This document shows positions 22,913 to 35,119 of a stretch of DNA of 64,000 nt, one piece after another (within the stretch, counting starts at the first letter, position 1; every line of letters begins with the position of its first letter). The notes under the pieces are model-generated. The model was not told the origin of the DNA. It searched no databases and saw only the letters and a program-made list of their open reading frames with translations. The stretch is taken from positions 47,556,001-47,620,000 of the forward strand of contig NW_024704742.1 in assembly GCF_018977255.1 (NCBI RefSeq), given 5' to 3'. Source of the DNA: Callorhinchus milii (taxonomy: Eukaryota). Made by a program: the position numbers and the translations under genes.

Positions 22913-24704
22913 TCACATTTTTGTAGCAATGATATATATATTTATATATATCTGTTGAAATAATTCTGTAATAAGGTTCTAAGGACAAACCAACTTTGGT
23001 GCTTTTTAACCTTTGTTATGTTAACAGTTTAAAGTTACAATTTTCTATTTTATCAACCAAATCGGAGTTGAAATTTTGCACATTAATAATAACCAGCACC
23101 TTAACTTTAATGATTGAGCCTTCAGATGCTCCTACTAGTGGCCAATAGCATGATAAGTGTACAGTCCAAAATATAATAGGGAACCTGGATTAGATTGGGC
23201 AGTGTAGTTAGTTAGCATAGTGTTCTTTTGCTTTTTAGGCTTGAATTTTAAGCAAGCCCAAATTTATACAATAACGGCTCTTCTCGTGAATTTAAGGATC
23301 TGCCATGAAATAATCCTGGTAGTTTCCATCCATTTCCTAGTGGGCTAACGTTGCTAATGATGCCCATACTTTTGACAATTGGGAATGTTTTTGAAAGTTG
23401 ACAAAGCTGGTTGCTGTATGAAGTAAAAGTCTAGACAAATGTGGTTTTCAGAATGTACCTATTTTATAAGAAAATATGACTTTATTCTGCGACTTTGTTG
23501 TACTTTATTTTTAACCATGGTTTGTTTTGGTCACTTTCCTCTGCCCCCACTGCTCAGGTTTCCAGTCAGCTACTTGAAGCACTTAGAGATGTCCTTCCGA
23601 TATGAAAGGTGCTATATAATTATAAAATTGTTGTTGTTGTACTTGACTGTAACATGACTGAGATTAATTTATGCTGGAAAATGTAGAAGTTTGGGAAAGC
23701 TTAGTCATAGATGACTGCCTGGCTCAGCTGGCAGCCTCACCTCCGAATCAGAAGTTTGTGGGTTCAAGCTCACATCGGGACTTTGAGCTGATTGTGCCAT
23801 CAATCAGATGATGGGTCAAACTGAGGTCCTGTCTGTCAGTTCAGAGGGATGTTAAAGATTCCATGATATTATTCCAAAAAAAAAGGGAGTATCACCTGGT
23901 GTCCCGGCTTATAGTCCTCCAGATAATTTTGATCATTCACTCCACGATTCTTCATAGAACCCTGCTGTGTGTAAATGTTCAGCAACTAATACTCAGTCTT
24001 CTATACTTTACAAAAAACTCTGAAGCTCTTTGAGATGTTTTGACTTTACAGAAATAATATCAAATCCAAGTATTATTTATTCAGAGGAGCTGGAGTTTCA
24101 ACAAGCGGCAGTACAAACTGGTAAAAGTAAGGTTCAAGCCCATAGTGCTCCCAGAGACCTGAGCTGACATTCCCCACCATGCCAATGTGAGAAAAAGCTA
24201 AGTAGAATTAATGGCAAATTGTCTTGCACATCTCAGAGTGTTCAGCTCAAGACAGCATAGATGGAAGCATGGTGGAGGCATAGATGGAGGCAGCACAAGA
24301 TTGGTTTGGATGAAGAAGATCCTTCAGTCCATCCAATTTCATCCTTCCGAACACCTACACTACCATCCGGTTTTCCCATCACAGCATCACGCTGCTTTTT
24401 AAACAAGACCGGATTGTCCACTCCCTATCCTCTCTCTCACAGTTGGTGCAAGGCCATGGGAAAATTGTGCAAAAAGGAGAAAGATGAAAAACACAATAAG
24501 TACCCTTATCAAAATGTGAAAAAAGTGCTCAATTTCCTAATATTTGCATCCTTTACTTGAAACAACACCAAATTATAAAGATTTATGACGGTAGTAAGTC
24601 TTAGCCCTGGATTTCCCTCAGGAGTAGTTTAAAAAAATTGTCAGCAGTAAAGCAACAATGTGAATTTCCCACTTTTTCAAATTAATGAATTTAATGTGTT
24701 GAAA

Positions 24705-25264
24705 ACTCCCTGCTTGTTGGCCTCCCCAACTCCTCCCTCCAAAGGCTGCAGATCATCCAGAACTCTGCAGCCCATGTCCTCTCCCGCACCAGGCTCTGCG
24801 ACCCTAGCAACCCTATCCTTTCCCAGCTCCACTAGCTCCCCATCACTCAGAGTATACAGTTCAAGATCCTGGTCCTCACCTTCAAACCTTTCCATGGCAG
24901 GCTCCTCCCTACCTCTGTGACCTCCTAACCCCCTACCAACCTGTCCGTTCCTCCACTCAGTGGGCTCCAGCCTGCCTCACGTCTCCCGCCTTACCTGCCT
25001 CACAATTGGGGGGTGGGCCTTCAGCCACTCTGCTACCACCCTCTGGAACTCCATCACAGAGTCCCTCCACCTCGTCACCTCCCTTGCCTCATTCAAGACC
25101 CATCTCAAGACCCTACTCTTCGACAGTGTCTTCAGTCACTCTCCTACCCCTACCCTCCCCACCCTCCAATCCTACTGATCCCATCCACCAGCTCGGGTGC
25201 GGAACCCTGACTATCCTAGGGATGTCCTCCTGACGTGAAAGGTGCTATACAAATGTTGTTGTTG
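24705..25264 (+). mobile_element. L2 3' fragment
   Basis: Similar to 45600-46100; tail gggatgtcctcctgacgtgaaaggtgc then (TTG)n. Confidence 0.9.
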
Positions 25265-25517
25265 AAAATGAGCCATTTTCAAAGCAAAACTATTGTCCAA
25301 AATAATCCTCAATAAAATAATAAGTTCCTTCTTCAGTCTTTTCAGAATTTAATCGGCATCATGTTGAATTTTAACTTCGCAACAACTTTTGCTTTTTCTG
25401 ATTATTGATAGATGAATGATTTTTCTTTCAATTGCAAGAGCTGAAAAGTGCATTGATAATAACAATTAAAATAAGGCTTATATTTAGTTTATTAGGCAAC
25501 AATAGATTACAGGTATA

Positions 25518-25875
25518 CAGTTTAGTGGTTAGAGCGCTTGCCGCTCAAGTGAGAGGACCTGGGTTTGATTCCCGACTGGGCGAAACCTGAGGCAAGTTTC
25601 CTTACTCCGCACACCTCTGTTCATCTAGCAATAAGTAGGAACCCGGTTTTCAGTTGATTGGTGGGTCACTTTTCCAGGGGTCATAATCCCTTCAAAAAAA
25701 AAAATTTGGTCACTCAATCCATGACTGTATGTGGGACACTGCTGTGCGAATTGGCTGCCGCATTTTGCCTATAAAATATAGTCAATTCACTTCACAGTAT
25801 ATTCTGTGAAGCGCTTTGAGATATTTCAAAGACGTGATAAGGCGCTATATCAAATGCAAGGATTATTATTATTAT
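25518..25875 (+). mobile_element. tRNA-derived SINE, full length
   Basis: Head, body and (TTA)n tail match other copies. Confidence 0.92.
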
Positions 25876-26309
25876 TTCCATGTTTCAGAATTGAAGATAA
25901 ATTTGGGGCTAAGGGAAGTAAATACAATAGGGCATACTGCTGGCCAAGAGTTATTTTTCACATCCTTATTTTATATTAATATATTTTTATACATAACCTT
26001 GTATAACTGTAAACATTTGAAATTAACAATATAATAACCAGAACTATTTATGTGATATAAAACTGTACCTGAGAGGTTCTACACTGATAATTCTTTCTGT
26101 GATCCCCAAAACTAAGCAAATGCACATTTTCAGAATAATATTTTCCTAGCTTGCCTTTTTTAACCTATAATCACCCTTATCCTTCCAGTAATGCCAGGAA
26201 GTGTCATTATTTTCAATAGGAAGTCGTAGAGCTTTTGAGTTAAGCTGGGTGGGAAAGAATCACAACACAATCGTTTCTTGGTTACTAAACATTTTTGTCA
26301 ACATTAGAT

Positions 26310-26965
26310 TCACAAGATCACAAATTTAGTGTGGATAAAGACGGCCTTTTGGCTCATCTGATATCATCCTTCCGGAATACCCACCCTATCATCACTGCAT
26401 CAAGCTGTTTTTTAAATAAGTCTAGTGTCCTGGCGTCTACCATCTTTCCTGGCAACCTATTCCTATCGTTGATTAGCCTCTGCATAAATAAAAACTTCCT
26501 GTTATCTGTTCTAAAACTGCTCTTTACAACTCTAAACATTTTGCCCACAAAATATACAATCAATTCACTTTACAGTATATCCTGTCAAGCGCTTTGAGAC
26601 GTCTTGAAGAAGTGATAAGGTGCTATATCAAATGCAAGGATTATTGTTATTATTATTATTAAACCTATGTTCTTTTGTTGTACTGTATTGATACATTCTA
26701 AAGTATTAAATCTGAGTTTACTTTTCCAATCCCATTTTTAAAAAATTTACGCCTCTACGAGATCCACTTTGAATCATTTTCTCTCAATTTGAAGAGCACC
26801 CAGCTTGTCTAATCGTTGCATAGATCATTCCTCCATCACTGGGGATCATCCTCATTCCTCTCCTCTGCACCCCTTATATCGTGGTGACCATACCCGTATG
26901 CAGTATTCAAAGTTGGGCTGACCAGAGCACAGTATAGCCTGAGTATGACATGTGGGGAACTAAAC
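26310..26965 (-). mobile_element. Old CR1 3' fragment with nested plus-strand SINE tail (26538-26660)
   Basis: RLYCALVSPT and LFKKQLD-like translations; SINE tail ending (TTA)n inside. Confidence 0.75.
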
Positions 26966-27869
26966 TCAACTGATTCAGCAATATTACTCAATATCCTGTT
27001 TGCAAGAAAATCTATTGCGATCTTGGTTAAGCAATGATGCATCATTTGATTTCCAAAACTAATAAATGTAGAATGTTGCAATTACTTCATGTTGCTTTGC
27101 TGCAATACAAAGATTATTATTATTATTATTATTACCACAAATCCATTTCAATTAAAACAACAATGCAAACATATCACACATAATTATTCTGCAGTATATC
27201 TTAGGTCTGACAAAACTTCTCAGATGACTATTAAATGCTATAACATATTTATACAATGTAACTAACAAAAATTCAGTTTCAAAATGATGAGTTTTTTTCT
27301 GTTAATTATTCACGTTTTTAAAGTTCTTGATTTATGTGAAGTTTGGGACTTTTTGCTGCATGCAGAATGTGGTTAGCCAACCTGTGGCTTGTGGACCAGA
27401 GTTATTTTTATGAGTTACTATCTAAAAAAGCAAACACAAGCATGCTTATTCTCAATGGAAAAAATGGGCAGCAACAACAATCAAATGGGTAGAGATGATA
27501 ATAATAATCCTTGCATTTGATATAGTGCCTTATCACATCTTCGAGACGTCTCAAAGCGCTTCACAGATGTACGTTCGAGCATGGCTTTGGCTTGCAGAGT
27601 TAACAGGAGCTGACTGGGAAGAATATCTGTCCCCAGTCACTGGTCTGCCCTCCAATTCCTACTGATCAGCCAAGCTGGCTTATCTGACATCAGCAATTCT
27701 CTGGAGTACTGAAGACCGACCTGACTCAGAACCGGACTCCCAAGAACGTCACAGATGGCTGCCTCGATTTTGGCAATTCATCTTGAATTATGTTATCCCA
27801 TTCTCATTCGCTGTTGTTGAAACTGCAGTGGAGGAACGCACCAGGATAGGTTGTAACAGGAAAGAACAC

Positions 27870-28300
27870 CTGGGCTATCTTGGACCAAATTTGAAGATGA
27901 GCTCTAACTTTCTTTAGTTAGAGAAAGATTTCCTCCTGCTTGGCTCCTGTCAGCACCTTCTAACCACAAGTGTTGACAGCATTAAACTACTTGGATGCAC
28001 ACTCCACCTCGCAGAGCCTATGCAGAATCTTGATGTCTTGTTTGACTCTCAACTGTTCTTTAAGCCTGACATTTAGACTCTGATTCATTTACCTTTCCCC
28101 CCAGCTCCAAACATCGCCCACCTCCACCACTACCTTGCCCTTCAGGCCACCAAAACCCTAATCCCCATATTTATCACCCCATCCTCGCCCAGCTCCAGTG
28201 AGAGCCCAGCAGAATGAATTCAAGATCCTCGTCCTAATCTTTAAATCCCATCATGGTTCTGTCCCACCCTACCTCTGCAACCTCCTCAAACCCTAACAAT
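27870..28300 (+). mobile_element. Decayed L2 fragment
   Basis: Similar to 48600-49200 (ttggctcctgtcagcacct, ttcaagatcctcgtcct). Confidence 0.65.
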
Positions 28301-29744
28301 GCTACCACTGACCAGGATTCAATGTCACAACTCACACACAGAGTAGTCACGAGGATGCAATAGTGTAGGGCCTCACTCAATGGAACAGTTCCCCAAGCAT
28401 GAGTCAGACAAAGCTTCAAGAGAAAAAAAGAATTGGACGGCACATGTTCTGTTTTTAAAAAGGTCAACATCTTATATATCAAGAAAGTAAAACTAATGTA
28501 GATAACAGCCACAGACATTCATATTAGGTCAAACAAAATACCCCTTGCAGATATACAGCATTCAAGTAGGTTAATAGGTTAAGTAGGCAGTAGGTTAAAG
28601 TACAGTTAACAGTCTTCAGTTTACATTTTTTTAAACTTGTAATCCAGCTGCTTGATAAGCATTCTGTCACCTGGGAAAACTCCAGTGTATTTTAAGGGAA
28701 GTTAATCGAACCAAAGGTGACAAATTGTTTTGCAATTCAGCAAGTAATTCCTACACTAAGTCAACCAAAGCTGTGAAAAATTAAAAATTACATTGATTAT
28801 ATAAATAAACTTGCTCAATGATGGGGGAGTGCTGCATTGTCGGAGCTGTCATTCTTCGGATGAAGGAATAAACTAAGATCCCATCTGGCTGTTCAGGTGG
28901 ATGTTAAAGATTCCAAAGCACTATTGAATAGAGAAGAGAGCTTTGACCCACTTTCCTGGCCCAAAATCCCACAAATAAAATTGGTTATACGCATCAAGAC
29001 TGTTTGAAGGACATTGCTATATGCAAACCGGCTGCTGCATTTGCCTACAAAATAGATGCTACTGTGAATTCTGTGAAGCACATTGAGATGACCCAACTGT
29101 CCAGCGCCTTGGGACTTCCTCCCGACGTGAAAGGCGCTCTATAAATGGAATCTTGTTGTTGTATGAGATGTCAAGTCACCTGAGAAGTGAAAATAATTAG
29201 TTGGAATAAATTCATGAACAGATTAATAAAAGGCAGCTTGCAAATTTGCAAAAACAAAATGTCACTTGAGAAAAACTTGCTGTGTAGGTAGGAAATGATG
29301 TTGTAACTGGTTGTCAGCCAACCAAACCGTGACCTAAGTTACAGTATAATGTCCTTCATGTGCACCCTATCTTAACTCATGTCTAAACGCAATATATATC
29401 ACTTAGCCACCAGCTTATAGCTGCTGGCTAAGTTAATGAATTTAACCTAACCATCCTATGTGCATCAGAAAAAGTGGACTGGACTTACAACTGAAACCTC
29501 TTGGAACAACAACTCACAAACTGAAGCCCTCACTCCTCATAACCAAAGGTATTATTTGGGCTCATGTAAATACGGAGAGTTGAGTAGAGCGATGTGTATC
29601 ACAACTTGCACTCAATACAACACCTTACATTTTTGTGGGGGTCAGACGACACATGCGGAAACCCACCACTGTGCTTAAGAATATCCAAACCAAACTGAGA
29701 GTTGCATGCATCCCACTTATACATACAAATTCCAAAGATTTTAT

Positions 29745-30485
29745 GGATGTCAAATGAACACCTTTCATGTAGGAAAACATATCAAAGTGTTTCACAGGGA
29801 AAAAATAGAAACCTGAGCAAAGTGGGAGAAGTGGCCGGGGAAGGAGAAAGTCCACCAAAGGCTAGGTTGAAAAGGTAGGTTTTTACAAAAGTTTTGAAAG
29901 CAAACAGCGAAGATTATAAGACAGTGGGATTGGGGGAGAGAGTTCCAGAAACCAGGGCACGGTGGCTTAAAGCTCAGCCACTGATAATTATAGGGTTTGA
30001 AAGAGAGTTGAGAGTCGACCAAAAATGCCAAGATTGCACAATGATTCCATGAGCAGCAGTAAGCAACCAGGAGGTTCATACAGATGGTTGAATGAGAGAG
30101 AGGGCGATAGAAGTCTATAGGAGGAAGTAAGGAATGAATGAAGACTCAATGGAATATAAACACCAGTACAGACTGGTGTAGCCGAGTAGCCTGTTTCTGT
30201 GCTGTACATTTTTTGTAATCTTTGTAATTGTTGAAGCTAGATGTGATGAAGTGCTGACAGTAGCCAAGCAGGACGACTTTGGTTTTGCTGATGTTCAGTT
30301 GACAGAAGGTAAGACTCGTTTAGGATTTGATGTCCAACTGGCAGTCATTCAAAACAGCAATGATCCTGGATTCGACGATGGAGACAGAAAGTATCATTCC
30401 TACACACGTGGAGATTCACCCTAATCCTGTGGACAATGTCACCAAGGGGGATCATATAGGTAAGAGGAGTGGACCGAGGATAGAT
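29745..30485 (-). mobile_element. Heavily decayed L2 fragments
   Basis: FWNSLPQS translation and RT-like remnants; SINE/L2-type tail at ~29750-29800. Confidence 0.6.
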
Positions 30486-31060
30486 CTCTGAGGAAAATTT
30501 GTAAGAGTGGAATCAAGAGAGAACAGTGCCACCAGGGAACAGCAAGGAGGAAAGGCGATGTTGAAGGCAACAGACTTTGAGAACGATGAGGAGATACATG
30601 GAATCCCATTCACAGACTGAAAGGATATGAATTTGTGATTTATGATTTGTGAATTTACTCAGGGCTATATCTCGGTGCTGGGGGGAATGGGTGGCAGCAA
30701 CTGGACAGGCAGAATCTGGATGGGGAGGTATCAAACACACCCTACTTTAACAAATAGACATTTGAATGAACACACATGTATGAAGTATTCATGTGTACAG
30801 AAGTGCATGGAAAAAAGTTTATTTTATGATTGTGGAGGTGATCATATTCAACAGAGGCAGCATCAGAGGGAACAATACCAGTGGACAAAGCAGCAGGAAG
30901 AAAGTGCAGGGATTGGGATGCCTTCCCACTACAACATTTGTTGATGGCAGTTTGCAAAGCAAACCCACCCTCCATGGCAGTCTCAATAGTCCTGTTCCTG
31001 AGCCAGGCTCCATAATACTCTAGGACACTGCTAGTGACAGCACAGCTCGGCTGGCTTGTC

Positions 31061-31510
31061 AACAACAACAACAACAAGATTCCATTTATAGAGCGCCTTT
31101 CACGTCGGGAGGACGTCCCAAGGCACTGGACAGTTGGGTCAGGACCCGAGCCTTGGGGGGAAAATGGTGAGGGGAGGGAAGGAGCGAGGAGGGGGTAGAG
31201 GGTCAAGAGGGGAGCTGAAGGCACGGTCAAAGAGAAAGGTCTTGAGACCAGCCTTGAAGGAGGAAAGGGAGGAAGCGGCGAAGGCACTGGGGGATGGAGG
31301 TTCAGAGCCTGAAGGCTGAGAGGCTGAAGGCCCGGCCACCGATGGTAGGGCGGTTGGGGCGGGGGATGTGGAGCAGACCGGAGCCAGAGGAACGGAGGGT
31401 ACGGGCAGGTAGGTAGGGAGATAGTAGGTCGGAGAGGTAGGAGGGAGCGAGGCCGTGAATGGCCTTGTAGGTGAGGATGAGGTTCTTGAATTATCAACTG
31501 GACCTCGAAG
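31061..31510 (-). mobile_element. Young L2 3' fragment inserted into an unclassified repeat
   Basis: [14 protein letters not shown]; intact stem-loop tail and (TTG)n. Confidence 0.9.
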
Positions 31511-33319
31511 GACAGACCAGTCAATTGGGGCAGGGACTCTTCCCACTTAGCTCCCATTAACCTTACAAGCCAAAGTCCTATCAGGTAGGGTGGTCCTAGC
31601 TGGACAAGCAACGGGAAATCTCTCTATGGGTGCACCTGAAATAAGATGAGACCTACCACTTTAATAACAGAGACGACTTGTTTGCGTCACACCAGGTCCA
31701 GAGAGCCTATTTGTAAAGATGCAATTTACCTTTGGTATGACTTGCTTGTGATGGATTCAGTAGATGTCACCAAGTTGAAACAGAATAAACAACTTAAGTT
31801 TATGTAGTGCCCTCCATTTAGGATAATGTCTTAGAGCGATTCACAGTGATGGTGTTGGAAGCTGATAAAGGGAGGAGATATTCATAGGTACCATTGAAGA
31901 GGTAGAGTTTAGGCATAGTTAAAGAGAGATAGAGCACAAGACAGAGGGTAAGAGGGCGTTCCAAAGGGTGGGGGGATAGATGCTGAAAGGTTCGGCCATA
32001 AATGGTGGGTTAGAGAGCGTCAGCTGACCTGAGTTTACGAAATGGAGAATGAGCTGAGAGGAAGAGTGGGGTACGATAGTTTTTGGTCAGCTGTGTGTCT
32101 GACACATAGGGAAATCCATCATTAAAAGTATTCAAATTAGACAAGTTTCAAATATGTATGCCACTTATATATAGGAATATAATGGATTCTAGATTCTCCC
32201 TAGAGGGGAACTCCTCGTTTCTAATTCTGAGTGTTAGGCGCCAGATTGTGCACTTGGATACTTGCTGCTAGAGTTTAACTGGGTAAAACCACACAGCTTG
32301 CCATTGAGAGCAATGTCTGCCAAGCTACCTCCTGCTTTAAACACTTTGAGGCATCCTCCAGAAGTGAGAGGCACTATATAATTGTTAAATGTAAATTATG
32401 ATGTATAACTTATTCTGGAGTGTAGACTCTTAGTTCACCCCTACAGACCAGCAATACAATTGCAATGACTAGAAAGCGCGGATCTTCTTCAGCAGTAATC
32501 AATACATAAAATAACCTGTGTTAAAATCTTAGTTCTGTGCAATTTGCTCCTTAGTATGAACAGTCAATTCCACACAAGTAGCACCTTTTATTTGAATATA
32601 TGCAGATAACAAAGCATTAAACTCAAGGGAAAACAAAAATAACACATTCAGATCCAAAAAAACAGAAAATAATGCATGTGCCAAGGGAGGCAGGTTATCA
32701 TTTCAGATTTGATCCTTTATCAATGAGAAAACTTTTTTTTTAAAATAAAGGTACATCATAGAAATTTTCATTACAGAAGCAGGCCATTCGAACTATCATG
32801 TCAGTGCCACCGCTATTTCTGTTTTAATAATCCTTGCATTTGATATAGTGACTTATCACGTCGTTGAGACGTCTCAAAAGCGCTTCATAGAATATATTGT
32901 AAAGTGAATTGACTGTATATTTGCAGGCAAAATGTGGCAGCCAATTGCGCACAGAAGTGTTGTGGATTAAGGACCAGATTTGGGGGGAGGGATTATTACC
33001 TTTTATTTCAAGTTTATTTTATTGTTCAGTTCTTCCCTTAGAGTATCACCATTTTTTTTACTGCTCAGAATGATGACAATAATAACCCTCGCCTTTGGAG
33101 TGGGGGTGGTGTAGTGACTTTGTATTTGTAGAGCAACTATCTGTTAAATATTGAATATATTATAAATATAAGTATTGAATATCTATCTTGCCACCTCCTT
33201 CCTCTCTGTTATATCAAGACTGTATAATAATATTTATTTTATATTTTATATATCCTTCCCCTCTTTTAGATCTATAAATGCAAGTCGATGTTGAACCAGC
33301 CTCGTGGTAGATTACACAG

Positions 33320-33853
33320 TAATAATAATAATCCTTGCAAAACACAAAATACGGCAGATGCCGGAAATCTGAAAACAAAAACAGAAGTCGCTGGGAACAC
33401 ATGGAGAAAGGAAAGTGAGTCAGCGTTTCATGTCCATGACTCTTTGTCAGAACTGAGTTGACTCGCTTGCCTCTCTCCATAGATGCTGCCTGACCTGCTG
33501 AGCGTTCCCAGCGAATCCTGTTTTTGTTTTCATGGTAATCCTTGCATTTGATATAGCGCCTTATCACGGCTTTCGGACGTCTCAAAGCGCGTCACGGAAA
33601 GTGTAGTGACTGCCTGTTGTGTGGGCAGGCAGTTAATTGCGCACAACGCACACTTGTGGGATTGCGTGACCGAGTTTTTTTGAAGGAATTATTACCCTCG
33701 GAAAAGTGATCCGCCAGTGGACTAACGACTGGGTTCCTACTCACTGCGAAGCAAACAGAGGCGTGTCCGTGGAGTAAGGAAACTTGCTCAGAGTTTCACT
33801 CTGCCCGGACTGAAACCCAGGACCTTCCGCTTGCGAGCCAAGTGCTCTAACCA
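33320..33853 (-). mobile_element. tRNA-derived SINE interrupted in its tail by the 33340-33535 insertion
   Basis: Head at ~33800-33853, body to 33536, rest of tail at 33320-33339. Confidence 0.88.
33340..33535. mobile_element. Palindromic non-autonomous Penelope-terminus derivative inserted into a SINE tail
   Basis: Inverted arms match the 3' end of the Penelope element at 36900-36990; flanked by duplicated TAATCCTTGCA. Confidence 0.8.
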
Positions 33854-34154
33854 TATATATATATATATATGTGTATATATACTTATATATAAAGTCTTCA
33901 GAATACCTGCGTCTGTATCCATAACAGGGCGGAGTTGTGAGTTTATAATAATAATAATCCTTCATTTATTTGCCTGTGATCACATCGTTGGGATGTCTCA
34001 AAGTCCTGACAGCTCCAGACTCCCAGGACCTGACAAGATGGGGGGTGGGGGGGGATCAGTGCCTGTGTAGGGAGAGCTGGGCAGGGCCGACAGGTTCGGG
34101 CTGCAGTTTGTTCACAGTATCAACCGTTTCCCCTCTCCAACCCCCGTCGGACTA

Positions 34155-34205
34155 CAACAACAACAACAACAACAACAACAACAGCAGCAGCAGCAGCAGC
34201 AGCAG
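34155..34205. repeat. (CAA)9(CAG)8 compound microsatellite at the CpG-island edge
   Basis: Direct inspection. Confidence 0.95.
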
Positions 34206-35100
34206 TCCGCGGGCCCCACACACAACCGCACACACTGTCCGGGCGACGGCCCGACACGGGACCGCGCAGGCGCAGACTGGACTCCTCGGCGTCCCCGGAA
34301 GTGAGCGCCGAGCGGAGCGGAGCGGCCGCCTGTGTGTGTGTGTGTGTGTGCGTGCGCGCGCGCGCGGGGGGGAGGGGGGGTGGGGGCAGCGGCGCGAGAG
34401 CGGCTCCCCGGACCGTCTGACTGTTTTCAAAAGCGGCGGCGTTCGGAAGCGGAGAGGAGCGGCCGTTGCGGAGAGCAATGGTGGCCGGAGGGCGGGTGAG
34501 TGAGTGAGTGAGTGAGTGAGGGAGTGAGCTGTGTGGGCTCGTTCCGCGTCGACCCAGACTCATCTGAAAAGTTTCATCAGTTTACTTAACAACATGTACT
34601 TTTTTTTTAAAAAAAGGACGAGAACGGCAGTGTCCGTCTGTCTGTCCTGATAGTGTATTGTTTGATAAGAGGAAGAAAGCGGCGGCGGCGGCGGCGTCGG
34701 TGTCGGTGGTGGTAGAGCCGAAGCTGATGGCGCTTCTCGCAATCCGCGTTCTGGTTCCGTTCAGTTGCAAAAAAAGAAAGACGAGAAAAAGCGGTTCCCG
34801 CGGCGGCGGCGGCGGCGGGTGGGGGTTTGAGTGTGAGAGCGCGGGGTCCCGGGGGTGGTCCGCGCCTCGTAGCAGTTCGTCGAGTGATGAGGTGTTGCCT
34901 GACCCCCCCCACACCCCCCGTCATCCACGTGGTGACAACTGCTCGAGGAGGAGTTCAGGATAACCGGGAGGGAATTCCCGCTGAGCTGCGTCGCCCACCG
35001 GGAAGCTCCCGGGGTGGGGGGGGGACTCTTGGCACCGAGTCAGCGCTCACGCCCGCACTTGTCGGATGTCCCGACGACCCAACTGGTGACCGTCCTGTCC
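34200..35100 (+). promoter_or_regulatory. CpG-island promoter of an unidentified plus-strand gene
   Basis: Sharp GC/CpG enrichment in an AT-rich background; NRF1-type CGCGCAGGCGCA 34263-34274; GABP/ETS CCGGAAGTG 34295-34303; (GGC)n tracts; donor at 34496. Confidence 0.85.
34304..34495 (+). other. Putative exon 1 (5'UTR, start approximate) of the plus-strand gene, with upstream ATG at 34478
   Basis: Donor CGG|gtgagt at 34496 downstream of the promoter motifs. Confidence 0.65.
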
Positions 35101-35119
35101 TCCTGGTGGAGGCTGAACG

